NCBI GenBank assembly: GCA_002633005.1
Contig: NMRA01000576.1
Coordinates: forward strand, 1-64,000
Direction of reading: 5' to 3'
From: Phoronis australis
Taxonomy: Eukaryota; Animalia; Phoronida
DNA length: 64,000 nucleotides
The position numbers and the translations under genes are program-made. Of the stretch, positions 1 through 12,845 are shown one piece after another; position 1 is the first letter of the stretch, and each line of letters begins with the position of its first letter. Under the pieces are notes generated by a model. The model was not told the DNA's origin. It did no database searches and worked only from the letters and a program-made list of their open reading frames with translations.

Positions 1-534
1 ACCCCATCCCGACGTTACCCTGGTCCTATATTACCCGGTCTTGTCCCCACGTATCGGTGTACGTTAATTAAATTTCTGTGTTTAAAGGAGCATTTGCTTA
101 CAGAAAAGCAAGTAAAGCAATTTATTGATAATGACAGACCAACCCAGTTTGTTTGTAGTTAAAATTACATCTTGATAATGTTTATGATTGACCACAATCC
201 TAGCGCTTTTCAGTCGCAAGATCTATAAATTAAGTAATCAACACAAGGAATTGATTTCCGATATACACAAAATGGGTGCGGGCGAGGTAACATGGGGGCA
301 GGGGAACTTAGGGACATCTGGACTGGGAAAACATACATGTACATGTAGGATTTGGAGCAGAATATAGGGTTGGGAGAGGATCAGCGCTATGAAACATAGG
401 GCCGAGAAAATATCAGTTGCGGTATATAGAGACGAGGTAACTCATTGACCGGAAAACATGGATACGGAACCAGCAAAACGACGGTCAAAATGAACAGAGC
501 TTTCATGAAATAGTAAAAACTAAATGTTCATTAC

Positions 535-624
535 CTGCTGATCATTTACAGTGAGTGCACTGCTTGAGGCTTGAGGCGAGTCTTTCAGTCCGTTATCCTG
601 TCTATTCGCATCGTCTGAATCCAT
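535..624 (-). CDS. Possible first coding exon (30 aa, MDSDDANRQDNGLKDSPQASSSALTVNDQQ) of a gene running off the left edge
   Basis: ATG at 624-622, 30 open codons, ending in a strong phase-0 donor CAG|GTAATG; no recognisable domain. Confidence 0.35.
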
Positions 625-1969
625 TATTTAACGTGGGGGGTTAATTGTTCTAAGGATATTCATAAGAAGCTGGAATTACGCGTAGTGATGTCAGAAATGT
701 TAAAACATTGCTAAAAATGACGCTTTCACCCCTTTCCCTACGTCTAGTATTGGCAAATTATTTATGGATTATATAAAACAAGCATTTGTTGATTCGTGAT
801 TCAAATTAAAAGAAAGAGGAGTATTCATTTGTGACTACTACGCACCGACCTCGGTTGTATTTACAGGCCAATATTCCATTACCAGGATGCCGGCAATAAA
901 CAGAAAATTTTGCATTAGCTATGCAACAGACATCCAGTCGGTATCGTTAGCAAAAACCAAAGTCGTGCCAAACATTTCGTTATGTATTTGAATTTAATGT
1001 AAGTACGCAGGTATCTGAATAAATTACAGCGACGGGGGAGCCTCTAGATTGTCGCGAGGGGGTCATCAACAGTTTTCGAAGGAGAAAAAAAACGTTTGTC
1101 ACAAAAGATGGCACACCTGCGCCATTTTGGTCGTGCTTACCGCGCATGGCTCCCCCCTTAAGTAACGCACGTTTTGATTAACAATTCCTTTTATCTTCAC
1201 TGTACATGTCACAGGGCACATGTGAAGGTCGATTTACCAAGACGGGCTTTCTAATTGCAATCCACCTGTTTGGAATCAAGCTACTACTTGGCAGTCAACA
1301 CTCATGAGCAGTTATATTTGAAAACTACTCACCGATAATTGTCAAGAATCTACCGAAACCTCCGTTGTTTTCAGCTTTCAACGCCCATGTCAAGTAGCTC
1401 CTCGTGGTTAAGCACGTGTACAACGGAAATGACGGTAGTTGGTAAGCATACATAACGTATACGGCAGCAAAAGATTATTCCTCGTTGTAAGAGTTACATC
1501 AAAAATCTCTCACCTTATGTAAAAAGTGCTTGGTTCATCAACTTGGTGCTTATTCAGCGTAAATGGGCTTATAATGAATTTTGTTTCTACTCCTGCCAAC
1601 TCGCTGTCGCACCATGTACAGTGATGCTGAACATCGTGCAATTGGTTATCAAACGGTTACCTGGCGTGTTGATCTACCTCAACTCGGGTATTTGGGCGGG
1701 TCTGGCGGGGCTACCCCACCACTAGCTTTGTCTGGCAGTGCTTNTAACCCACCACTAGATTTGTCTGGCAATGCTTATTCGTGATACCCGGGGCTACGGT
1801 GAATATTTTGCAACTGGTTTATTTTCTCGACGACGTCAATTCTACTCAACCTTTCAATGCCAGTCAAGTTTCACTGCGGTGCTGTGGACCGTGTAACACC
1901 GATGACACAAATTTTGATGAACTTGAAAGTATGCCTGGATGACACATTTTCCGACATTATTCTTAGAAT

Positions 1970-2270
1970 TGTAACGGGGGCGCTATCTACGACCAAGGCG
2001 CTCCGATTTTACGAGCCCGGTGCGGACTGAGGGTTGTAATAGTATTGTGGTTTGTACTGGAACTACACTTACCTTAGGCCCTATATGGCACAATTAGTTA
2101 GAATGGTTTATTATACAAGTCTTGCCAAACAGTTCTATGAAATGTGACTCATATGCATGTGGTCTTGTGTATTGCCAAAACATGTTGTTGTACAGTAGTT
2201 ATTGTGTCCGCAATAAAGTAGTGTTCAAGTAAAGACGTCTTCTTTACTCCTCTCTGCACAAGCCATTACA
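1970..2270 (+). mobile_element. Possible LTR of an LTR retrotransposon
   Basis: TGTAAC...ATTACA termini, internal TATA-like stretch, AATAAA about 55 bp before the end; no TSD found. Confidence 0.4.
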
Positions 2271-3553
2271 AGGGTGATATTGAAGACTAATAGTTGGTGA
2301 ATAGCATACATAGGTTTATTGTAAGAAGATATAAATACAATGTTTCACACTTACAAGCAAACCAGTTGTTCCATGATCTAGTATCGCACCGTTGTGATTT
2401 ATACAGTTCTGATACGCGGGCAGGCCAGTCGCTAATTAATAGTTGCATATGCAAGAACGGGGGCAATTTAGTTATTCAGATCCGAAAGGTGAGATGCAAT
2501 CAAGCTCGGGAGGAGACCGAGAATTGCTGGGGCTAAACTATTGGCAACCCAGTTCGGGAGGAGCCCGAAAGCTGCACAAATAGTCACTTGGAATTTGTTG
2601 GTGTGAGTGAGAGTGAGATGTTAACTTCTTGAGCTGTGCGAATGGTCTCCTCGTGTCAGACAGAGACAAAGCTTAAGTACACAGTTTCAACCAATCAGAC
2701 ACGATCTGAAGGGCAAGGCCCATAACTCCTAGGTTCTGACCATATTTGGCCATATCCAAAGGACCCAAAAATCATAGGAAAATTCCATACGTAATACACA
2801 GCTTCACCACTAGAGAGCGCATATATCTTATTTATATAATCATGTCCAGGGCATTCCTGTTACTTAATCAAACATTTCTAAAACGAGGCCAATGTAACAG
2901 CGCGTTTTACTACCTCCAAGAGAAAGAAGGTTTCTATCCAGGACTGCCCTTTGTGTTTCTACAATAATCTCTATGGCGTCAAGTTGATGACCGACTCGGA
3001 AAATTGACTATTAGCGACTTCATCAATATTGCATGCATAGTTAATTTCAATAGGTCAGCGATGACCGTGATCAAAGTGGAATACGTTTCTACATTAGTTT
3101 TGTTTGAGCAGTTGAAACTTTGGGTTTTGTATTTAAGTCTTAACTACTAAGCAAGGTGATTGGTGGAATGTCTCCTCAGTGAACACCATCGTTTGTCCGA
3201 ACTCGTCCTTTATGAGAGTGATTCGGACCTTCACGTTGGTACAAGTATTCACTTTCTGAAAGTAGAAAGTCGTTGTGATAAAAGTTTGATTTTTGACATT
3301 TTCCTGCAACTAATGGAGTTATGTTACCATGTCTTTTCGTAAATTTAGCAAACGTAATTAGGTACTTTACATCGATAGTCCTGTTTGCTAGACCCTCAGT
3401 GGAACATTTTGAATCACTGTGCATATAGCATGGTACTTTAACTGTTCACTGATACGAATCCGATTATATGTAAGATATGATGTTTCGAAATTGGCCGACT
3501 TTGAACATTATTCTAACGAAAGACCTCGCACTGACACACACAAGTGAAGTCTA

Positions 3554-4180
3554 AATAAAGACAACAACTTTTCTAAACTGTAGGTGATAAAATATCCACC
3601 ATTGTCAAGCTTTATTCAGAGAAAACGACGGTTGCTCAGCTTGTTTCGAGTTTACTTGGTGTTAAAGATAAGATTCATTTCGCTCTGAAATCCCATGTAG
3701 TGCATACATTTGATTGTAGTTGTTGTCAATTAACTTAAATGTATCTTGGTGAGACAAATTGTCACTTGGCTACAAGGAAGAAAGAACACCTATTAAGCGA
3801 TAAGAACTTGCATATCTTTAGACACTTGGAAAAGAATGATGGTTTTAGAGAGGCCGCTGGGGAACACAACTTTACGATTATTGACAACGATGCTCATCGC
3901 TATCACTTTAAACTGCGTGAAACCATTCATATTCGGTGTTCGGAGACACCCTCACTCAATGCGTGAAGGCTTCCCCATGAGTTGTTGACACTGTTACACT
4001 GAGTTGTGATTCGCTGATTGCTAACCAATCCTGTTCTGGTATTTTTCCGTGTTTTGGAATTTCCTGTGTATTGTAGCTGTAGCTGTCCTGACATCCATTC
4101 TCTGAATAAAAGATTGACAACAGTGGGGGCTTTACCGCCGAAACATGTCGCTACATTTTAGAAAAGTTGTTGTCTTTATT
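3554..4180 (+). mobile_element. 5'-truncated Penelope-like element (GIY-YIG endonuclease relic)
   Basis: ORF 3739-3966 YLGETNCHLATRKKEH...LRETIHI...PSLN; ~30-bp inverted repeat at 3554-3583/4151-4180; hammerhead-like motif at 4111-4153. Confidence 0.8.
4111..4153 (+). ncRNA. Degenerate minimal hammerhead ribozyme motif
   Basis: TTGACAA-c-AGTGG(gggcttta)CCGCC-GAAA-catg-TC, located in the 3' part of a Penelope element. Confidence 0.5.
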
Positions 4181-4495
4181 CAAACATTATTTTTAGGTTA
4201 TACGTACGTGTAACCGTACTGATAGTGTCACTTATCATTAATATGGTCGTTCAAAGTACAGCCCAGAAAAAAGGCGAGACTACCACACCTTATCTTATCA
4301 GCTGACAATAAGGCCGCCCTGGATTATACAGCGACACTCGAATCTCTCAGTATTTACCCACAATCCCATAGCATCCGCCAGACACATTTGGTGGCTCGTT
4401 TCTGTGTTATTGAAGTTACTGTACATATGTTCTTTGTCATTGTTTGATTCTTTGCAATTTTTTTTCTCGGAGGCAGTATTATATTCGCGTTTCCA

Positions 4496-4650
4496 ATGAT
4501 ATCGAAGTATTACTGCTGTGCTGTGGGCTGCAACTCTTACGTGAGATTGTTTGATAAAGTGGAAAAAATGCCTGTAGATGCGTGATGTGAAGTTTTTCGC
4601 ATTCCCGACAAGAACATGCGACGTGGGTGGGTAAAACAAGTCCGTCGGTT
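4496..4650 (+). pseudogene. THAP zinc-finger relic (DNA transposon derived)
   Basis: MISKYYCCAVGCNS.../DVKFFAFP/MRRGWVKQVRR across frameshifts matches the THAP CxxxxC, FxFP and RxxW motifs. Confidence 0.55.
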
Positions 4651-5044
4651 TAATTCTGAACCGAACAACATTCCCTTTCTAGAAGATACATGTACCCGTT
4701 AAAATCCTGCACTTAATTAATGGTTGAAATCAGGATTAGTTCCACGGCTATAATGTACAACTCGCCGGTTTCCGGCATGATCTGCAAAAATGTGCCTGAT
4801 TCCCAAAACAAGGCCATGCATTTTCTCATCTTCTAGGCAGTGGAGAGGGCTATCGCCGTGTATTCCGGGACGGCCCTATTAAACTGAATGACAATACGTT
4901 TACATTGACAAAGGCCCGTTTGCCAATAACAAGAGTCCTCTTTGTTGCAGTAGGCATGTGTCTTGCTTTATGTTAAATGAATAATAACTGTAATTTAACT
5001 GAATATTTTAATCTTAATCTTTATACAGTTTGACCAATACTGGT

Positions 5045-7870
5045 TTATTAACGAGGTAGAAGTATTAAGCGTACAACTTTAACAAGGAGACGGTTTAGGG
5101 ACAGTAGGTGTATCTTTAATGGTTTGCAGAAGTTTTCCAAATAAACATTTTATAAACATTATATCTCTAAAACACTTAGATATAAAACACTTAGGTATAT
5201 ACAAATGAAACATAGGCCCACACACTCACTCACACACACACACACACACATGCACACGCACATATCTAAATAATACGACTTCACGGTTGATCTAATCTAA
5301 AAAGTATTGAGGGTTTTCCAAAAGGCAGTTTTACGGGGTTGTATATTTCATACTTTATAATAATTATACAAAAAACATCGAAATGGTGAATATCCAGAAA
5401 TAATCTGGTCTCTAGAACATTTATGGAGGAAATACTGGCAATTATACCATACGCGTTGAATCTGTCGAGGGAAATACGGCCATGTAATAAAGTTTTCCGT
5501 ATTCACCTCCCGCACTACTTCAACAGTGACCTCTGACATGGAAAGTTTAAAAGGTAGGTCAATGTCGACTCGACGTCGATTGGCGTACATGAAATAATAT
5601 CCCACTCGACCTTATTCTGCGTATGGTTCTCGACCTTCGGTCTCGGTCGATACGCGGAATAATGTCTCGTGGGATATTACTTCATGTACGCCACTCTCGG
5701 TACCTTTTGTGTATATAGTTAATATGGTATAAAGTTTCTGAATTTCACACCACAAAGTTTTCACAGAATCACATTCCACAAACATATGGTTAAAAATTTC
5801 AACAGTTCCACAAGATGCACACTTGTCATCACTTACTAAGTTCATCATTTTCAAATTAAGTTTTGTAAACACCTTTCTAGGAATATAGAAATATTTAAAG
5901 GTTTTAACATAAGGAGGTAACAAAAGTTTGTGTGGAAGAACATAAATTTGTTTAATTCGTTGTCTAGAGTAAATGTCAGTTAAGCTGTACTCTATATCAG
6001 GAGGCAAAACTATTTTGGAAAGCAAAATATTTCTAGAAAACACATTAGTAGTTTCGCTTGACTGGGGAGTATGTATGCATTTTGAAATCGATGGATCAGC
6101 TTTCAACTTAATCGCACGTCTCAAAGCAGCACAATGAATCCAATTTATATATTTTGTTCAAAACCTACCATGTCAGAAATTTATTTTCTAAATTCAAAAG
6201 ATCCTTAACAAAAATAATACCAACCTCAAAGAAACTATTAATGAATACAGTTCTCTTATTAATCAATATGTTTTTGTTATTCTACAGTACTTGGTTTACA
6301 ATTGGTATGTCCTTATGTAAATGAGCTCCAATTTTTTTCCCAAGCAATCAAGATGTCATGATAGAAGGTATCAATATTTGCTAGAGACAGCAAATTACAA
6401 TCATAATTCGATTTACAGATCAAAATCCCCCATACGTTTTGAAAACATACCCTGGAAACGTCATTGTTTCCATCTAAACAACGCGTAACCCACTAAACTA
6501 GTAATGCCTTGTACATAATATTTATATCAGGAACTGACAAACCACCATTTTCATGGGTATTTACGGCCACATTTTTTCTAATTCTGGGTGGCTTATTTTT
6601 CCAAACAATTTTTGATCATAGTATTTATCTTAGCTCTACGTTTGCTGTCAATTCCTAAATAGCTCATAGCATATATTAACTTAGACGGCGCAATATGTTT
6701 TAATTACATTTATCCTTCCTAACAATGAAATATGGCGACTTTTCCATATATCAAGAGACTCTTTAAAAGACTTAAGTTTGAGTTCAAAATTTATGAAATC
6801 ATTTTTCATTTTTGTTATGACTAAGAAATATTCCCAGACTCCTCATTGGTTTGCTAGTCCAATTGAAGCCATAAACAGGCTCTGAACACTCTTTTTCTCG
6901 ACCTAAATATAACCCTTCACATTTCTTAATATTCATCTGGAGACCAGAGAGTAAACCAAAATGTTCTAAAAATTTTAGACAATTAATGCCAGAATTTTTG
7001 TCATGAAGAAATAAGGTATTTGTAGTGTCATCTGCATACTGGAGAATTATAGTTTCAGTTTTCTTAACATTTACGCCTTTAATTAAATAAAACTTTCGTA
7101 TACAATTGGCCATAACTTCAACAGCTAGGCAAAATAATGGACCCGACAATGAATCACTTTGTCTTACACCCCTTTCTAAACGAAAATAATCTGTTGTAAA
7201 ACCATTATTGACAACACAAGCTGTTGGTTTATTATAGATTATTTCTACCCATCGTGTAAAACCTTGTCCAAAATTAAAAGCCTTCAAAGCTCGAAAAATA
7301 AAGTCCCCATTTTATTCTATCATACGCCTTGCTTAAGTCAAAAATAAAATGTGTCCTTGACCATCAGTAAAGTTTGTATAAGAAATTATGTCCTGAATAA
7401 TACGAATATTATATCCTGTATATCGTCCTTTAACAGTTGTTTGACCTGGGTGAACCAGTTTTCCCATGATATTATTTATACGGACTGTAAGAACTTTGTA
7501 AGTATTTTATAATCAGTATTCAATAGAGATATTAGACGCCAATTATCCAAGGACTGGAGCTCGACATCCTCTTTTGACTTGGGTAGAAGCGTTATTGCTC
7601 CTTGCCTCTGTGACGTGGATAATTCCCCCACTGAAAAACTATATTCAAAAGCTTCAAGTAAAGAGTTTTTAACTTCATGCCAGAAACGTTTATAAAATTT
7701 GTAAGTTACCCCGTCCTTTCCTGTAGACTTGTTACTTTTAAAAGTTTTTAAAACTTCATACACTTCACCCTCTCTTAAAGTTTCATCCAGTTCTTCAAAA
7801 TCACTGGGTGGCACATCGCTGGCGATATCAAATAGATCTGTGAAAACAGGAGAGTAATAATAAACTGGAG
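5045..7870 (-). mobile_element. Degenerate 5'-truncated Tx1/L1-clade LINE (ORF2 RT + zinc knuckle)
   Basis: Fragments NKSTGKDG...NWRLISLLNTDYKIL (7476-7901), RGVRQSDSLS...QYADDTT (6799-7287), CASCGTVEIFNHMFVEC (within 5612-6124); (TG)n in the 3' UTR near 5221-5260. Confidence 0.9.
5581..5692. repeat. ~110-bp imperfect palindrome, part of a small insertion (~5465-5705) in the LINE
   Basis: TGGCGTACATGAAATAATATCCCAC vs GTGGGATATTACTTCATGTACGCCA; the arms continue inward. Confidence 0.75.
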
Positions 7871-10816
7871 AACGTCGAAATTCGACAGATTTCCGACTCA
7901 ATTAACCGCGACTAAGTATCCATGTCTTTTCATCTAAATCCCGTTTCGATGCTCGCACGCCTTTGTCTAAAATCCATAGATTGACTAAGTCTGACAGGAT
8001 TGTGTGAAAGTCTGTCCAGTTTGTTTTAAAAAGTAATGTAATTGTTATTTGGTGTTATTTAAGTTGCCCGCCTTCCACCAGTACAACTAACATTTGATTT
8101 CTACCTCCTACCGTAATGACTGTAATTTCAATTTTGTTTGTCACACAACCTGGATATGATTTCAGTACTTCGAAAGAGCAGATAAATCGTTATTGTTTGA
8201 TTCTGTACCAAGCTCTACGATACATTTTACACGCACATGTACCCACCCACGCATACACGCGCACCCACGTACGCATATGTGTGTACGCATTTTGAGTCCA
8301 AACATCAAATTTAACACAAACTTTACATATTTGCTGGATATAACAATACAGCTCGCACGGATATCGTACAGTACCTTGGACGCACGATCAGCCGGCTACC
8401 GATAAATGCTTTCCATTTTCTTTATTGTAACAAAGAAACACAAAATGAACAATGGATGCGCCAATCTACCGATCTTTATTCGACCAGCTTGGAATAGTTA
8501 TGAACATCTTCCTAGGTGAAAGTTCGGTATCAATTCAGTTCTCCGTGTTCAACCATTTTGCCAAACCTGAAAACATGAATTCAAGGCGTACAATTGATTA
8601 AATGGTAACGACAAACTACAAGCTGGTTTGCCACGACGCGTTATTCTATGTCGCGAGCATGGTCTCAAGGAAAAACGAAGTTTCTCTTCTTTGCGAACAC
8701 AGTAATCATTTTTCGGAGGAACAAGTCGCGGCTAATTTTATACTGGTAAATTATCTAAACCATAGGTTCACTTCTTTAACGGAAGGCAAGTTTGTAACCA
8801 CTTTCTTAACAAAGCGTGCATTGTTAAACACAACCAATGTCACTATTATTTGGCATAAAAAGTGCTTATTTAGTGAGAATTTATGGCATTCATTTCATAC
8901 TAGCTACATGCAAAATCTCAAAAACTAAGAAAATGTGTGTGGGGAACTCTTTAAATACTGTTAGCATCTAAACCATAAGACTGGTGATTAATGTGACACA
9001 TATACAACATAAGCTGGGATAAAGATAACAGGTATATTAGTTAGCAGAAAGACATTACCAAGAAGGGACAACGGTTTTGAATCATTTTAACGTGTGAGCA
9101 TATCTAAGCGATGTGATTTAGTGTTGACGTCTTGACATGTACGTACAGCATAAACAAATCCAGTTTCTATATATCAGAAGCGCACGTTTAGTTATCCCAC
9201 ATGCTGTACATAGGAATGCTACTGCCATATTCTATCTCGAATTCGCTTCGTCGTGTGCAAATAGTCCAACGAGACTTTTACATTCCCAGGTAAAATGAAT
9301 ACGATTTATATGGGATAACCATTGTTTACCCTTAAACTGAAATACACTGTTTTCGGCATTTCCGTAGCACTGGCTGCCAGCGATGTCTGATTCCATATCG
9401 CAGCAAACTTTGATGAAGTTCAGCCAGTTTAGCAAACACATCATTGCCCCAAGTTTATTGCCCCTCTTATCTGTTATTAGGAATCTAATGTACCGTGCAT
9501 TACCTATTGTCCAGCAAACAAGATAACTACTTTCTCATGTCAAGAGGTCATTCACAACTGTTGGTATTATGGTGGAACAATGAACTTGCATACTAAAAAG
9601 GGCAGACCATTGTGATAATTTCTAGTGAATAACCTTACCAGGAAGTATGGGCTTTTAGTCAAATTTTCTGCAAAACTCCAGAATTCCTACTAAGAAAAGA
9701 TACATATTTTCTGAAAGTAGTAAGATTGTAGAATTTAATTTTTTACTTAACACAAATCTCCACATGACCATGTTTTCTTTGACTAAAATTTAGAAAAGAA
9801 ACAATGTATCAGGAAAGATGAAATATGGCCAAATTACATTTTCACACAAGTATTGATGAGCGAATCTCAAAATCAGTTTTCCAAAATGTCCATTTTTACT
9901 TGATACAGCTTTTAAGACGAAAATTGATATTTTCATCAAAGTCATTAAAACCTCAATTTTGACTATATCTTACTCACAAACAAGGCCGTGTAAAAATCAA
10001 TCTGGAGAACAACGACGATAGTATCATGTCTGTTTAATTTGAGTCCGATTACCTGATTTTGAGACACGATGTTAGCAAAATTTTGAAATTTTCATTACTT
10101 ATAACCATCAAGCTGGACATCAACTTCTAACGTGCGGGTAAGGGTTAACATCGAAATTAAAGACAGCATGAAAAACTTTACTGTTAGTGTGCAGGCGAAT
10201 TTGGAGTCATAATGTCCTGTTTAGAAATCGAAGGAATGTAACATTCGATTACCAATCACAAAAAACACCGAGGTTTTTAGTTTTAAAATATTTTACTTAA
10301 AATACGACGTTTTTACAAACTTGTCACACTTCTTGAGCAAAAGTGCGGATAGCATTCTAGGTTTATAAATACTAGAGCATTGCTTTAAAAATCATTATGA
10401 AGACACTAAATACACGATGTTATAAAAAGGTAATACTGATTAAAATTCCTTCTTAATACGGACATAGACAAAAATAGAAATGGGAATTATTCGCAGGCTG
10501 CAGTTGAACCTGTCCAAAATGACCAGGGACCATTATCATGGGTTGTATAAGGTCTGTGTTTTATTAAATATGTGATCTGACATGAATTTGTTGTTTGTTT
10601 ATTATTCTAACTTGGGTTTTGATTATTTTAAATGGATCTGCTCCAGCGTTGGTCATGTACTCTTATGATTTGTTTACTTTCTTGAGGCTGAACTGTCCCC
10701 TGGAATCTATCCACGCACATTCTTAACAGGTGACATAGTGTTCACAGAAACATCCCAGAGTCAAATAACAATTTCCTAATATTGCAACATTGTGATGAAT
10801 TTCGTATGATTTCCAT

Positions 10817-10896
10817 TAGTTGAACTTAGTGAATCACTAAAACAATCTTAACAACTGTTATTAAGATTGTTTTCGTGAGTCACTTAGTTCAGTTGC
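10817..10896. repeat. ~80-bp hairpin/palindrome
   Basis: TGAACTTAGTGAATCACTAAAACAATCTTAA pairs with TTAAGATTGTTTTCGTGAGTCACTTAGTTCA. Confidence 0.75.
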
Positions 10897-11559
10897 ACTC
10901 TGTCCTGTTGATACCCCCATCAAACAGTCCATTTAAAAATGGTATTGTAACAGACAAAGTCTCCACTGAACATCAAAAATGTGTATTTCACCTCGTCAGG
11001 CATACGTTTCAGTTCATTTACACATGACAACGATCGATTTCGTGTATACAAAGGATGGAAACACCCTTCTCCTAAGCCTGTCGCTAGCGAAGTGCCCGAC
11101 ACATACTGTCACGCCCGCATGTCCACGAAACAAAGGCGCACTGAGACGCAACACAAATATTAGCATAAGAATAAATGAACAACTAAATAAGCGTAACAAT
11201 AAATGTACCGTTGCTAACGTCCCGTCACAGTATCAACAACCATGTTTTGTACTGGACTTAAGAAAGCAAAACTAGTTCTGTACAAAACTGAAAATGACCT
11301 TGATCACATTTGTTTTAGGCCAAAACAGGAGCACCACCTTTATTTACGTAGGCGCTTATTTTAAAGTTCGTGACAATGACTTTATTATGACGTAGATGTG
11401 CTACACAGTGAAAGCTTTGTTGAGCAAACTGTTGCACGGTTGCGTACATTTTACTTTCAGAAATTTCTTGAAACAGTACATGTTACCACGTGGAATGGGC
11501 AACTTAAAAACTCCGGAAGTTAGGCCATGTCTTCCAAATTTTGATCTGTGATTAGATCA

Positions 11560-11990
11560 AGCCCAGCACGTACAGAAAATCCAGTAGTTATCCACTGATT
11601 CTGGGCTTTACACTGGAATACTGGTACTCAAAATTTTGAAAACTTTTAAGTCTCCGTATTGCTCGCTCTTAGTGTGGAAATGCGCCATGTTTTTGTCAGA
11701 CCTTTTTTACTAAGGTGTGACTTCCCTTTGGTGAAAGCTGGTATGTTTAACCTATCTCGTCTTGGAAACAGGAGTTCATCAATAGTAAAACCTCTATCTG
11801 ACATAACTTTGTCTTTAGGTAAAAGGTATTTCAGAAATCCAGATTTTTGAACAATGTATTTTTTCACTACCTCTGCCCCAAAAATGCTTTAGATACGTAC
11901 ATGGTGTACCCATTTTTGGTGCAATTGCAACCATATACTTTGCAGTATTGTGTGATTTGTACTAGCTTTATGTTTCACCCCCTATCAATG
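11560..11990 (-). mobile_element. PIF/Harbinger transposase relic (DDE_Tnp_4-like)
   Basis: KSGFLKYLLPKDKVMSDRGFTIDELL...LNIPAFTKGKSHLS motif in ORF 11646-11867, frameshifted. Confidence 0.8.
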
Positions 11991-12393
11991 ATTTCAAATC
12001 ATCTGATCTGCTACCAAATACAAAACACAAGCAGGCACACCAGCACAGAAGGCTTGTTTTACAGACAGGCTGTACTGACTCCAGTGTCAGTCTAGCATGC
12101 CTGTAATGGCGTGACCTTAATATGGCGCTCCCCAGGAATTCGGCAGTTTCCGTAACTGACCTATCGCCAGGATTTTGAGTGACGGCTTAACTGACCATCT
12201 AGATTTCATCATTCTTGACACACTTTCGTTTCCAAGCCGCCATTTTACCCGACAAACAACACGTTGCCGGGTAAAGCTTATTGTTTGTTAGTCGACATTA
12301 CGCAAGGGGGCGAAGTTTGTGATAGGTCAGTGGAATCTGTCTCATGTTGCAAATCAAAAGGACACAGCATTAATTGTCTCTGCATGTCAGCAA

Positions 12394-12845
12394 ACGGTGG
12401 ATTTGCTGTACGTGAACTTGGAATCCTGCTTAATCTCAAGATTAAGCTGAAGTGAGTGTTGCGTGAACTTGGAATATGCGAGGCAACTTGACAAGTTCAC
12501 TCAAAAAATCACGTTCATATTCATAAAAATGTGCACTGTACAAAATCAAGTTACATTTGAATAAAATAATTTCAATTTTAACCAAACTTTTCAACTACAG
12601 GCGATCAGTTTCACCAAACAATAATCGATTTAGTCATTCACATATTCCTCCGGTTCAGCGACACAAGTTACGATAAAGGAGAAAATGGTTGATCGGGAGG
12701 CCAATAATTACAAAAATTCTTTTCACCGAACAAAAATTTCACCTTTTTGCCTTCAATAATATTCAATTCATAGTTCACGCAACACTCACTTCTGCTTAAT
12801 CTTGAGGCTAATCAGAATTCCAAGTTCACGCACAGCAGACTCACA
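12394..12845. mobile_element. MITE with ~60-75 bp terminal inverted repeats
   Basis: CGTGAACTTGGAAT...GAAGTGAGTGTTGCGTGAACT (12411-12469) inverted at 12772-12830. Confidence 0.7.

Noticed and set aside
1710-1780. 33-bp direct repeat
   Set aside because: The copies straddle an ambiguous base (n at 1745); possibly an assembly overlap artefact
9628-10148. piggyBac-like MITE (TAACCTTACC...GGTAAGGGTTAA)
   Set aside because: Left terminus too degenerate and no TTAA duplication to support it
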